Assembly (NCBI RefSeq): GCF_009914755.1
Contig: NC_060926.1
DNA length: 64,000 bases
Origin: the human T2T-CHM13v2.0 reference genome, Homo sapiens
Reading direction: 5' to 3' (one strand)
A program made the translations under genes and the position numbers. Under the pieces are notes generated by a model that saw only the letters and a program-made list of their open reading frames with translations, had not been told where the DNA came from and searched no databases. Within the stretch, counting starts at the first letter, position 1. Every line of letters begins with the position of its first letter. This document shows, piece by piece, positions 1 to 14,055 of the stretch.

Positions 1-1172
1 AGGACACATGGCAGTGGGTAGTTTAGCTAACAGGGGGAATGGTCCTCCCCAGCAACCCCTCTGCTTAGCAGCTGAGAAGGCAGCAGTGAGCACTCCCCTC
101 GCTCAGAGAGACACAAGTATGCCCAGAATGGAATCTGCTCATGAGGGGCTGCCCTCTGGGGTAGGTCAAGGCCTCCCAAACCAGCACATCCATGTGGGAA
201 CACCTACAAAGGCTCTATAACTCAGGTCTGTGTCCCCAGCCCAGCAGTGCTGAGCAGGAGGGAGCCCACACTGGAAGTGGGATGACAACTTCCCAGACCC
301 TCGTTCATGCAGCAGACCACAGGCGCTGCCCTGGGTTCTGATAGCAGTACCAGCTCCTCTTCAGGACCTGGGGACCCTTTAATCCAGATGGTGGGGGACA
401 AGAGAACCATGAGACCCCTTTCTAGGGGGCCCTAACTGCTGCCCTGCTGGGCCAGGTGTCACCTTGCTGTGTCTGCTTTGATCACACCCATTGGGACATT
501 TGTGGTTCCAGCTGTGCACACGTCTCACTGTGAGCCAGGAGAGTGGGAAAGGACTGGGAGGTCACTTAGTGGGCAGACTCTCAGCCTGCTCTGGCTGGAG
601 CTGAAGAGGCGTCCTGTCGCACAGTACACAACACATACTATGCAATGCTGTCCACCCCAGCCTTGCCTTGTGGGGTCTGGGGCCTGGCAGAGAGGGGGCT
701 TAGAACTGTGGAGAAAGCCCTGCAGAGGATGTGCACCTTCCTCTGGGCTTTGAGAGATGAGCCACCTTGGGTTAGGAAGGAGGAGTAGGAATGCTGCTCC
801 CGGAAAAGGGATCAGGGAACAGCCGGAACGAAGATGCAGGGGTGGGAATGCGTGAGAAGTCTGGCCTGAGTGAGGGGAAGGCATTGGGAGGAGGAGTTCT
901 GAAACACAGCAAACCACTAGGCCAATCGCCATCCCCTCCTGGTTCTTTCACTACAGCACCAGACACAGAAGCCGCGATGTTCCCCAAGGCTACATCCTTC
1001 TGGGCATCTCCTGTCTCCCTTCTCCTATCCCTCATCCCTGGTCCAAACAGCCAAGCCCCAGGATCACAGGAAACCCACGGTGGGCTATCCTTGGCCCCTG
1101 ACACTTCAGTCCCATTCCTCTGGGCCTCTTGACTCTTATCTTTGCCCTGGATGGACTTTTACATTCACGTTA

Positions 1173-1491
<319 letters not shown>

Positions 1492-1627
1492 GGATGGTTG
1501 TCTCAGAGCTGAACAGGGACTGGAATGGGAAGGTCTTTGGACCCTGTGTGGGTAGGACACTTACTGACTGGGTGCCACCTTCAGGTAGGAGAGTGCCCAG
1601 GTACAGCTGCTCTGAGGCCAAGGCCTC

Positions 1628-1712
1628 CCATTCATTCATCCAACAAATACTTATCAAGCACCTACAATGTGCCAGGCACTGCCCTAGTCTCCGGGGGTGC
1701 ACCCGTGATGAA
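1628..1712 (-). mobile_element. L2 3'-end fragment
   Basis: cattcattcatccaacaaatacttatcaagcacctacaatgtgccaggcactg is the reverse complement of the typical L2 3' terminus. Confidence 0.75.
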
Positions 1713-1734
1713 GAGGTTTAAAACCCCTGCCACA

Positions 1735-2440
1735 ATGGGGAGAATGTGGAGAAACTGGAATCTGTGTGCATTGCCAGTGGGTATGTAAAGTAGTATACAG
1801 CCACTGTGGAAAATGATATGGTGGTTCCCCAAGAAGTTAAACATAGAATTACCATATGATGCAGCAATTCCACTTCTTTAGGTATAGACCCAAAAGAACT
1901 GAAAGCAGGGATTCAAACAGATATTTGCGCACCCATGTTCACAGCAGCATTATTGGTTTGCAATAGCTGAAAGGAAGAAACAACCCAAGCGCCCACGCAT
2001 GGCTGAACAGATGAACATGTGGTACAGTTACACAATGGAATATTATTCAGCCGTAAAAAGCAATGAAGTTCTGACACATGCTACAACATGGATGAATCTT
2101 GAAAACATTATGCTAAGTGAAAGAACCAGACATAAAAGGACAAATACTCTATGATTCTACTTACATGAGGTGTCTAGAGTAGTCAAGTTCATAGAGACAG
2201 AAAGTACAGCGGTGGTTGCAGGAGCTGCAGGGAGGGAAATGTTTGGTGGGTAGTGGGAGTTAGTGTTTAGTGGGTAGAGAGTTTCAGTGTGGGAAGATGA
2301 AGAAGTTCTGAAGATGAATGGTGTTGATGGTTACATGATATTGTAAATATACTTAATGTCACTGAATTGTACACTCAAAAATCATTAAAATGGTCGATTT
2401 TATGTTATATATATTTTACCACAATTAGAAACAAACAAAA
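1735..2440 (+). mobile_element. L1M (L1MB-like) 3' end
   Basis: ttaccatatgatgcagcaattccactt...ctacaacatggatgaatcttgaaaacattatgctaagtgaaag...ttttaccacaatt; typical old L1 ORF2 end plus 3'UTR. Confidence 0.9.
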
Positions 2441-2526
2441 ACCTTCCCCATGGAACTTACGTTCTTCTGAGTTGCCCCAGACGAGAGCTTATAACGAAGA
2501 GTAGTGTTAACTCTGCCACCTCAAAG

Positions 2527-2727
2527 CAGGGGTCAACATGGGGTTCTGCAGAAGAGTCTGGAGTAGGATGGGAGGGGTCAGGAAGCAAGAGGTCACACAC
2601 AGGTTCCCCTCAATCTCTGTACCCAGAACGGCTCTCCTGTTACCAATTTTGAGTGTATTCTGATAAAATTTTATTTGACAAAAAGGCTGCCACCACTAAA
2701 GAACACTTTTTTTTTCCTAAACCACTG
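2527..2727 (-). mobile_element. hAT-type MITE remnant (MER103C-like)
   Basis: Begins cagggg, ends aaaccactg; internal aaaattttatttgacaaaaaggc resembles MER103C. Confidence 0.45.
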
Positions 2728-3639
2728 CCTTCCTTCTCTAAAACAACCACTGACCAGGAGATGCTTCCATGAAGAGTGAGCAGGCAGGGGCCACTTTGCA
2801 AGAATCTGCATGGGCAGGGGATAGGGCCCAGAGGGCAGGGCTCTCACAGCCCCGCCACACTTCTCCCGGGCTGGAGGGTCAGTTTTCAGATTTCTGGCTC
2901 CATCTCCTCCTGGAGGGCAGGGTTCTTGGCTGAGTCACCTCTGGTCTTGCCCAGGGTGGGGTATGGAAACGGCACCTGATTTTGGCATTGGAAACCTTGG
3001 CTCCAAGTCCTGGCTGGGCCTTTTATAAGACATTTAATGTCCCAGCCTATTTTCTTAGCTGTAAAATGAGAATGACCCTGACACCACCCATCTCCCAGGA
3101 TCAGACACAACACCACAGCACAGCACAGGACAGTGCTTGGCACAGAGGGGTGCACGTACATGGGGGGCCTCAGAGTTCAGGCCTTAAGGCCCAGGAATGG
3201 GGGGCTGTGGGCCCCAGGTGTGCCCAGGAGGCCCTGGGGCGGGTCCCTGAGCCCTTGGACCTGCCCAGCCAGCCCTGCCAGTCCTGGCCAGTCCCGGCGC
3301 TCATTTGGGGCGTGGAGGGGGCACTAAGTGCACAGCCGCCCCCAGAGTAAACAGCCTGATGAGCACGGGAAAACAAGATGCTGAAATGCTTCTGAGCCAC
3401 GTCATGGTTTCAGAGGCACTGGCCCGCCAACCCCAGGAGCCTTCCTGGGCCCCACCCAGGTGATGTGACCACACCCTGTGCTGCCCCTAACCCATCTCTG
3501 CATGTGACAATTCTGTGCTTTCTATGCTGGGCTGTGACTTCTTGAAGGCGGGGACCCACCCTACTGGTCTCTACTCCCCTGGCACATAGACAGGGTTCAG
3601 TAACTGCATGTTAAATCAGCGGTGATGATGATGATGGTG

Positions 3640-4202
<563 letters not shown>

Positions 4203-4206
4203 TGTT

Positions 4207-4473
4207 CATTTATGTAGACAGGGTCTCACTCTGCGGCCCAGGCTGGAGTGCAGTTGTGTGATCAGGGCTTACTGTAGCCTCGACATCTAGGGCTCATGTG
4301 ATCCTCCCACCTGAGCCTCCTGCCACACTTCGCTAATTTTTTAAAAAATGTTTTGTGGAGATGAGGTCTTACTATGTTGCCCAGGCTGGTCTCTAAGTCC
4401 TGGACTCAAGCCATCTCCCTGCCTTGGCCTCCCAAAGTGCAGGGATTACAGGTGTGAGCCACCACACCTGGCC
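4207..4473 (-). mobile_element. AluJ SINE (internal deletion)
   Basis: Antisense Alu with J-type gcctcgacatctagggctcatgtgatcctcccacc. Confidence 0.85.
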
Positions 4474-5276
4474 TCCCTTTTAACCACTCCTCCCAGCTGC
4501 CTGGACAAGGACACTTTCTCTCCTACTGACTCCTCATCCATGGTAATCATCAACTTCTTGGGAAGGGACATTAGGCGCCCTCGGGCCACCTTCATACGCA
4601 GCCTCTAAGATCCCTTCTGAGGTGTACCCTGGCAGAGAGGCCATCTTGAGACTGTGTAGACCCTCCTTTGGCAGGGAACTCCGCACCACACCGGCACTCA
4701 TCTCAGATGGGACCCCAGCCAGCCTCCTCAAACGTGGCCTGCTGGACATAAAGAACGGTCCCTCTCTCATCTTTGGTGGCTTTTCAGCTATATAAATTCA
4801 CCTCTCCTCTGGCTAACAGCCCCTGCATCGTCACCACTGCTCTGCCCCCACACCCCCTTCCTCTTGGTGACCTGCCTGGGGAATTCCTACTTGGCTGGGA
4901 TCTGAGAGCTGCACCCCACACACGGGCAGTTGGCCCAAGAAGCGGGGATGGAGAAAGGCTGCGGCCCTCCCTGTGCTAGGTCCTTGCCTCCCATGTGTGG
5001 GGGCTCTCCTGATCTTCACACTCTTGGTCCATAAGGAACCCATGGAAAACCAGTCCCCTTGGGCCCCCACGCTCCTCCACTATGTATTTGAACGAATCAT
5101 TTTAGTGAACCCAAATATAAAATGTTACATTTTCCCTTGTAAAATGTCTTCTTTTTTCCACCCTGACAAGACTACTTTGAGTCATGACTTTGTTACCCCA
5201 AAGTCATTTATTGTTCCTCTGGGGGCTGGGTCACCTGCAGCCCAGAGAAGCCTCCCTTCAGGGGCTTTATTTGTTA

Positions 5277-5556
<280 letters not shown>

Positions 5557-5709
5557 GGGGCTTTATTTAAAAAAAGGAAAAGAGAAAAAACACATTGCTC
5601 AGCAAGTTTCTCTTCTCTGTCTTGAAATTTAGGACTAATAAATGGATTTGTCTCTGGTCATGCCACCTCTCTCCAGAAGTGCTGCTTTGGGGGCTCTGGC
5701 CAACCTGGA

Positions 5710-5770
5710 TGACCACCCGTGGGGAACGTGACCACCTGTGGGGAATGTGACCACCTATGGGGAATGTGAC
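5710..5770. repeat. 19-bp minisatellite, ~3.2 copies (TGACCACCYRTGGGGAAYG)
   Basis: Units at 5710-5728, 5729-5747 and 5748-5766 read directly from the sequence. Confidence 0.9.
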
Positions 5771-6559
5771 AAGTGGGTCGTTTTCTAGGACAGAGTTGAG
5801 AGAGCTCTATTTTACATTTTCTCTTCTGTTAGGGGCTTCATTTCACTCTTAATGATCTTTGTTCCACTTTTTTTTTTTCTGCCAGTGTGAGGACTATTCT
5901 CAAGGGAAGTAGAATTGGAAACAAAATGGGAATTGTGCACTTTTTTGTTCTCTCTACTCGGCGTCTTCGCCTAGCCGAGGGGAGTCGCTGCCTTGTCCAT
6001 CCTCTTGCTCCAAACAGACCAATAAGGAAGCAAACAAACAACTTTGGTGCTGACCAGGATTCCTTTACAATCGTTGCTAATTCTAGACTTCGGTCCTTCT
6101 GGACATTCTGACATACCCATGGTATATCACAGCCAAGGCATCAGGCAGTGTGAAAACCCAGCAGGTTCATTGAAAACCTACACTCATCTGTTCTCCTTGG
6201 CTGCTGCCCGCCCCCTTCCTCCCTGTTAAAATCATTTGCGATTTCATCATCAAAATCTAATTTCCACTAGGTGGAATGCTTATGCCTGGCAGGTTTTCCT
6301 CTACCCCTCACATTATTCTAATCCCACTGAAATAATAATTCCTTTAGGCAGCTTGTTTGAGACCACCATTTTGATCAAGCCCTACTCCATTCTCGCCTTG
6401 GGGACATGTCACAGAGTGGTTTGTCTAAAATCTTTTCCTAGAACTTTGATATTGTTATTTTAGGTTATTATTGTGATTTCATGTTATCCTCCCCCTTTGG
6501 GAGAAATGGTTTCATCATTTTGTAATTAAATTAGATTTGCAAAATGTCAACAATAGGAT

Positions 6560-8060
6560 GTGCAATGCATTACACGTGCATTACGTAGTAATCTATTGTC
6601 AAGACAGAGACCTCCTGGTGAGGTGACAGAGCCCTGGGCCCCACTGCCTTCTACTAGACTGTTGCTTTCTCAGACGGTGAGGAATAAATCAACCTTATCT
6701 AAGAATCCTTGTCTAAGAAATACCTGGCTTTTCTTTGAGATCCCCTCACTGATTGAAGCACCCCTGCAGTCACTCAGGGTGATTCACAGAAGCAGATCTG
6801 GGGACCACGTGGCCAGGGAGTGGGGAGGAATCAGGCTACCAAAGAAACAGAGACCCGGCCCTGCCTCGGCAAGTGGGCTGCCCTGGCTCAGGCCACGTAG
6901 CGAAGAGGGCAGAATTTGTCCTCAAGCCCACACCTGCCTACCCCTCCGCCACTGCTCCACAAACTGCACCCCTAGCCCACATCTGAGTTGCTGTGTCCTG
7001 TCCCATGGCTACTTAGGCCATCCCACCAGGCCTGCCATCCCCAGGAAGTGTCCAGCTCAGAGTCCTCTCTCCACACCTGTCTCCAAGTGTCAGCAAGCTT
7101 TCAGACTGGAAAGGATTTATTCACAAACTCATGTGGGTGAACAAAGGAGTCCAACAGTAAGGGAGACATTTTCAGCTGTGAGGCCAACTAGGGCTGTGTG
7201 GAGAGGACTTGCCCCCTGAACCTGAGATCACAGTGACCTTGGTCTCCAAGGTCCTGTGAGAAGCACGGCTGGCCCAAGTCAGAGCCACTCAACAGCATCT
7301 TATTCATCCAGAGTCACTGAGGTTCCCATCAATTACATTTTCTGAAAATGAAACTTGAATTGCCAAAACACTATTTTAACCTTTGAAAATAAATCTTCCT
7401 AAAAGGTGGCCCATAGTCCCTAATGACTTAAAACCTCTCCTTTTCCCACTGAAGTGGTCATCATTATCCCTATGGAATGGGACAATAATGTGATTGTGTT
7501 TCCATGTGCTGTTTAATTACAACCTTCCTTACAGCCTTCACTTTCCTGTTATCTACAAGTCTCTCTCTAAAAACCACCTTCCACCAGCCACCCTTCCAGG
7601 CTGTTTGTTTTGCAGAGCGTTGGGAAATCAGACAGCACTCCTGTTAGGACAGTGTGCTCCACAGATGTCAGCGAAGCTTGAGGCCCACAGAGAAATAAGG
7701 CACTTGGTTCAGACGCAGGGATTTTGATTAAGCTATTTCTGAGGGTCTTCTTTCCAATACCTTCCAGTTCACGGCTAAAATCCAAAGGCAGATGGGGCCA
7801 AGACTCACTTGCACGTGGAATGCTCCTTGAATCTATTTCTCATGGTCCTCTGACTGGTAAGATGTTTCTGTCGTCGTGTCACTGTCAGGCAGGAGTTCCA
7901 GGGCTTGCTCTGCTTCTATTTGTTATGTGTGGCCCTGCTAGATGAGCAGCGTTGGTGAGACCCCTAGACCTGAGAGGTCCCATTAAGAGGGATGAGATCA
8001 AGAGAGGTGAGATGTGCAGCCTGTGTCCCTGGCCCTGACCTGGCATCCTTCTCTTACGTG
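6560..8060. promoter_or_regulatory. Candidate enhancer with clustered bHLH E-box/HRE-type motifs
   Basis: CACGTG at 6573, 6806 and 7812; TACGTG at 6894(-) and 8055; TTACGTA at 6581; lies in a ~2.7 kb block with no recognised Alu or L1. Confidence 0.4.
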
Positions 8061-8434
8061 TCTAGTGTGTTCTATAGACTTCAACCTCCTGACACAGCAT
8101 CTGTGGCCATGGCCATTTTACAGCATGACCAACGGAGCAGTGAGAGTCTGGGAAAGAGCAGAGCCCCTCAGGGAGACCACTTGGATGAGCTCATCATGTG
8201 CTAGCTCTTCAAGGAACCCGGGGTGCAGCATGTGGGCGGTACAGTAACGGGCAGCCTGGGCTGTGTTTGGAGCTGCTCTGAGTTGGGAAGGGCTGGCTGT
8301 CACAGCTGGGGCAAAGATGCAGCCAGGATCTCACTCTATGTTGCTCACCTGGTGGGTTGTGACTTGCTACTGGGTCATGAAATCAATTTAGTGGGTCACA
8401 ACCAGCCTTTCTCTTTAAAAAAATAAACAGAATA

Positions 8435-8755
8435 GGACAGGTGCAGTGGCTTATGCCTGTAATCCCAGCACTTTGGGAGGCCGAGGAGGGCGGATCATGA
8501 GGTCAGGAGATCAAGACCATCCTGGCTAACACGGTGAAACCCTGTCTCTATTAAAAATACAAAAAAAAAAATTAGCTGGGCGTGGTGGCAGGCACCTGTA
8601 GTCCCAGCTACTCAGGAGGCTGAGGCAGGAAAATGGCGTGAACCTGGAAGGCGGAGCTTGCAGTGAGCCGAGATCGCGCCGCTGCACTCCGGCCTGGGTG
8701 ACAGAGCGAGACTCCGTCTCAAAAAATAAATAAATAAATTAATTAATTAATTAAT
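8435..8755 (+). mobile_element. AluY
   Basis: AluY diagnostics (gaccatcctggctaacacggtg, aatggcgtgaacc); TSD taaacagaata at 8424-8434 and 8756-8766. Confidence 0.95.
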
Positions 8756-8822
8756 TAAACAGAATAATATCCAAGCACATCACATGTAGTCAGGGTGAAT
8801 ATTGTTTTGACAAAACTTTTGC

Positions 8823-9191
<369 letters not shown>

Positions 9192-9817
9192 TCACCATAA
9201 GCAGTGGTCGAAGAAGTCAGAAATACAGTGGTTACACTCACATCCATCCTGCAGTTGATCTTCCTAAGACCCATCCCTGCCACCTTACCCTCAGTTGGGA
9301 AGCCAAATGGAATTTGTTCAGGGCCCTAGAACTAGCCTCACCTGGAAGGGACAGAGGAGTCTGGGAAGCCTTCTTGGAGGAGGTGGGGCTTGCTGTGGTG
9401 GGAGCAGGAAGAGGGACACAGGGCAGAAGGGAGGGCAGGGGCAATTGTCCCAAGGTGGGAAGAGCAGGAAGAAGGAAGCCTGGAGAGGCCTGGGAGGGGC
9501 AGTACTAGACACCGCCTTCTCATGCAGGCAGAATGAGGGCTGAGGCCAGCGTTAGGGGGAGAAAGAAAGCCCATTTGGTTTCGATGTGGAAACAGCCAAG
9601 TAATCTTCTACTTGATGCCTGCTTTTGCAGATGGTTGGAATCATCCTTAGTTAAGAACCAAGGCCTCCTCCTCCTTTATTCCAAATCTCTTTGGGGAGCA
9701 CTTGGTAGTGGAGCAGTCAGGTGGGGTATCAGCATAACATCCCTAGCTCTCACCAACCCAGAGAATACAACTTCATAGTGCCTGTTTTCCTTTTTTCAGT
9801 TTAAATTACAATTTTAA

Positions 9818-10120
9818 GGTGGGGTGTCGAGGTTCACCCCTGTAATCCCAGCACTTTGGGATGCCAAGGGAGGATCGCTTGAGCCCAGGAGTTTGAGACC
9901 AGCCTGGGCAATATAGGGAGACCCCCATCTCTCAAAAAAAAAAAAAAAAAAAAAAAAAACAATTAGCTGGGTGTGGTGGCACACACCTGTGGTCCCAGCT
10001 ACTTGGGAGGCTGAGGTGGGAGAATTATGTGAGCCCAGGAGGTCAAAGCTGCAATGAGCCATGATCACAGCACTGCACTCCAGCGTGGGTGACAGAGTAA
10101 GACCTTGTCTCAAAAAAAAA
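9818..10120 (+). mobile_element. AluJ
   Basis: Dimeric Alu with J-type arms; flanking direct repeat caattttaa. Confidence 0.9.
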
Positions 10121-10124
10121 ATTC

Positions 10125-10275
10125 AATTTTAATTCATTAAAATGAAAAAATCCAGTTCCTCAGTCACACTGGACACATCTCAAATGTTCAATAGCCACAT
10201 GTGGCCAGTAGCTACTTCATGGAACAGCACAGAGAACATTACTATCATCATGGTAAATTCTAGTGGGCAGTGATG
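10125..10275. mobile_element. MER3/MER33-type hAT MITE fragment
   Basis: cagttcctcagtcacactggacacatctcaaatgttcaatagccacatgtggccagtagctac. Confidence 0.75.
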
Positions 10276-10758
10276 TTCCAGAACAACAAAATGAATAATT
10301 TATTCATTCCTTCAGGAATGCAACGTCTTTCATTACTTCTATGACACCTGAAATTCTAAATGCAAATGCTTCTGAGAGAGGCACTGGAATGACTTAAGTT
10401 CTTACCAAATAGTAACTGGTTGATGTCAAGGGTCCAAAGAAAGCCACCATCTACGGAAACCATCTACCTGAGGCTGAGTCTGTGTGACACATGGGGGCTG
10501 CAGGGATGTCGGACGGTCAGATACTGTCCCTAACCGGAGGTGCTGTCTGAGAATGCTGATGGATAAGGGTTAAGCACCTCTGTCAAGGAGTGTGGAAAAT
10601 TCTGTGACCTGTAAAGAAAGAAAATGACCCAAAGTTATTATTCATCTTCAGATGAGGGGACAGTTTATTTTCCAACAGTCCTCAGCAGGGGTTATTGCAT
10701 GAGAAACAAGCTCTTCTCTATTTCTAGGTAAGGCAGAATAAGAAGTGGACACACAAGG

Positions 10759-10925
10759 AGGCTGGGTGTGGGGCTCACGCCTATAGTTCCAACACTTTGA
10801 GAAGTTAAGGCAGGAGGATGGCTTAAGCCCAGAAGTTGAAAGCTACAGTGAGCTATGATCGCACCACTGCACTCTAGCCTGGGTGACAGAGCAAGACCCA
10901 GTCTATTAAAAAAAAAAAAAAAAAA
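10759..10925 (+). mobile_element. Alu monomer (FRAM/FAM-like)
   Basis: Single-arm Alu with poly-A tail. Confidence 0.85.
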
Positions 10926-11059
10926 TGGACGCAGGCCTTTGCAGAGGAGGATGCTTGTGAACTTGGCCCTCCTCTGCCCTCTACATTTTACTCAATGACC
11001 AAGCCCATGGCTTTATCCATCTCCTCCGCACCAACATCTCCCAGAACCATAGTACCGAC

Positions 11060-11408
11060 CTAGGCCTAGAGATCTAAATACTGACTTATCCTCACCAGGA
11101 GCCCAGAAGGAATTGTCACAATCTCTGTGCCCTGCCCCCACCACTTCTCTTCCTGTAGTCCCTACCCTGGCTCATCCTCCACCACACTTGTCCAAGTCAG
11201 CACCTGTGAGTCACCCCGGGCTTCTCCTCCTTCCTCCCTCCCCTGTGCAAAGTCACCATGTCTTGGCCACCTCTCCTGTCTGCCTCAAGTCAGCTCTGCT
11301 CTCCTCCTCGCCAGCCCTGCCCCAGCTGCGTCCTCCTCCTGCCACACCTGCTCTCTGGCAGGGGCCGCCTGCTGGCTTCCCTGCTTCCAGTCATGGCCAC
11401 CTCCAGCC
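11060..11408 (+). repeat. Local duplication, copy A (L2-like sequence); partner at 13411-13793
   Basis: Aligns to copy B at roughly 80% by eye; exact 27-bp core gtcagcacctgtgagtcaccccgggct. Confidence 0.85.
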
Positions 11409-11424
11409 CGATGGCACTGAACCA

Positions 11425-11562
11425 CAGATGAGCAACAGAATGACCTGGGGAGGCATTTAAAATCTAGATCCTGACTCAGTTGATCTGGCCGGGTCAAGCA
11501 TGTGTATTTTTGCAAAAGTGCCCCAGGTGATTCTGACACATACTCCTAGTTAAGAACCACGG
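11425..11562. mobile_element. MER5A-like hAT MITE
   Basis: agaatgacctggggagg...ccccaggtgattctgacaca...agttaagaaccac. Confidence 0.7.
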
Positions 11563-11589
11563 TTACGGCCGCCTCTTCCTCATCGTTAT

Positions 11590-11800
11590 TAATAACAAGA
11601 GAAACAACAATTGACATTTTTTGTGCACTTACGTGCACTGCCTCATGTAATCTTCATGACAATGCTATGAGACAGGAGCTGTATTCTACTCCCATTTTAC
11701 AGTTGTTGAAACTGAGGCATAGAAAGTCTCAGGGCTAGTGAGGGGCAGGACCAGCTCATGACCAGCCTGACTTCTAACCGCTGTGCTCTCCATACCCCTT
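11590..11800 (-). mobile_element. MIR SINE
   Basis: cccattttacagttgttgaaactgaggcatagaaag MIR core. Confidence 0.75.
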
Positions 11801-12179
11801 TATAAAGCCGAAATTCATATGTGGCTCCCCTCCTCACACCATTTCCTGATAGTTCTAGAAAAAAAAAAAAAGCAGTGTGGGGACACATTTATGATTTCCC
11901 TCTCCACCCAACCTCCCACCAATAGCTTCTTAACGCTAAAAGAAGTCTCTTGATCAGGGTAGTGGGGACATAGTGAATACCTATGTAAAAATTCACTGAG
12001 ATGTATGCTTAGGATTTGTGACTTTATGTTTGTCATTCCCCAATAAGAAAAGATCCTTTAAAAAGTCACTTAAAAAAAAAAAGAACCTAGCAAATCTGAA
12101 ACAGAGAAAAATATGCATCTGCTAAAGAAACTGGGGAAAGGCCATAAAAATGCCAGCAACTGTGAAGAATTCTTTCTGG

Positions 12180-12499
<320 letters not shown>

Positions 12500-12814
12500 C
12501 TAGGAAAAGATCCCCAGAGCTAACCCGCAGGAAATGCTCGAAAGAAACCAGGCTGGGAGAGGGCACTGGCTAGAGGCAGGGCTCCGGGCATGACTGACAG
12601 GAAACCCCAACACAGTGGGCTTGATGGCAGTCAGCAGTCGGGCACAGGCCAAGAGCCATAGCAGTAACAGCAGCAGCGACACAGGGACTCTGAGGGCCCA
12701 CAGGACTGTCTCTGGGCCAGGGACTGGGGGCTGCCCCAGGTGGAGGTCAATGACAGTGAGTTAACTCCTTAACTTTCACAATTCACAAAAATACTACAGA
12801 TTCCATCTAGATTA

Positions 12815-12991
12815 ATATTTATTTTATTTTTTGGAAACAGGGTTTCACTACGTAGCCCAGGCTGGAGTGCAGTGGCTAGTCACAGGTGCAATCGCAACGC
12901 ACTACAGCCTTCAGCTCCTAGGCCTGAGCATTCCTCCTGCCTCCGCCTCCCAGGTAGCTGGGACTCCAGGTGCACACCACTGTGCCCAGCT
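12815..12991 (-). mobile_element. Alu monomer (FRAM/FAM-like)
   Basis: Antisense single arm; flanking direct repeat ctagattaa. Confidence 0.85.
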
Positions 12992-13109
12992 AGATTAAGA
13001 TTCAAATTAAAAAAAAAAACTCACTAAAATATTGAGATAATTTGTGTGAATATATTAATATAAATTCTGCAGCGGAAGTATTCCTGAAACTGATATAAAG
13101 ACAGAAACA

Positions 13110-13396
13110 ATGCCTATAATCCCAGTATTTTGGGAGGCCAAGGAGGGCAGATCACTTGAGCTCAGGAGTTCAACACAAGACTGGCCAACATGGTGAAACC
13201 TAGTCTCTACTACAAAAATACAAAAACTAGCCGGTGTGGTGGGGGCATGCCTGTAATCCTGGCTACTCGGCAGGCTAAGGCAGGATAATCACTTGAACAC
13301 AGGAGGCAGAGGTTTCAGTGAGCTGAAATCGTGCCACTGCACTCCAGCCTGAGTGACAGAGCAAGACTCTGTCTCAAAAAAAAAAAAAAAAAAAAA
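13110..13396 (+). mobile_element. 5'-truncated Alu (old S/J)
   Basis: Starts at gcctataatcccag; TSD aagacagaaac on both sides. Confidence 0.9.
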
Positions 13397-13410
13397 AAGA
13401 CAGAAACCAG

Positions 13411-13793
13411 CCCAGTCCTAGTGATCCAAATACCAGTGACTTATCTGGCCAGGAGCCTCCACACAACAATCCCAAAGGGAATTGTCACGATCTCTGCACC
13501 CCACCCCCACCACTCCCCTTCCTACAGTCCCAATCCTGGCTCATCCTCTACCTGCTCACACCCTGCCCTCCTCCGGGTCAGCACCTGTGAGTCACCCCGG
13601 GCTCCTCCTCCTTCCTCCCTCTCCCACCCAAGGTCACCACATCTTGGTCCCCTCTCTCATCTGCCTTGAGTTGGCCCCGCTCGCCTCCTCTCTAGCCCTG
13701 CCCCACCTTCGGCCTCATCCTGCCACATCTGCACTCTGGCAGGAGCCGCCTCCCTGCTGGCCTCCCTGCTTCGAGTCATGGCCACCTCTAGCC
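13411..13793 (+). repeat. Local duplication, copy B of 11060-11408
   Basis: Direct repeat of copy A; interrupts an old L1M fragment. Confidence 0.85.
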
Positions 13794-13921
13794 TCATGGT
13801 TTGGAAAGCCTATACAGACTACCTTGATTACATGGATATTTTAGATTCATGAATGCTTTAAAAATGAACAAGACTAAATGACAAGTGATAATCTAGGATA
13901 AAATATTTGTAATATATGAGA

Positions 13922-14055
13922 ATTGGGCAAGGTGGCTCACACCTGTAATCCCAGCTACTGGGCAGGCTAAGGCAGGAGTATTACTTGAGGCCAGATGTTT
14001 GAGGCCAGCCTCGGCAACATAGTGAAACCCTCATCTCCAAAAAAAAAAAAAAAAA
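13922..14055 (+). mobile_element. Alu left monomer (FLAM) followed by (CA)n at 14056-14079
   Basis: Single arm plus poly-A, then AC repeat. Confidence 0.85.

Noticed and set aside
5710-5770. Short regularly spaced repeats as a possible CRISPR array
   Set aside because: The units are contiguous with no unique spacers, the DNA is eukaryotic and there are no cas genes
6560-7219. Longest ORF (219 aa, + strand)
   Set aside because: Starts at GTG rather than ATG, has low-information Pro/Ser/Arg-rich composition and no recognisable domain; consistent with a chance ORF
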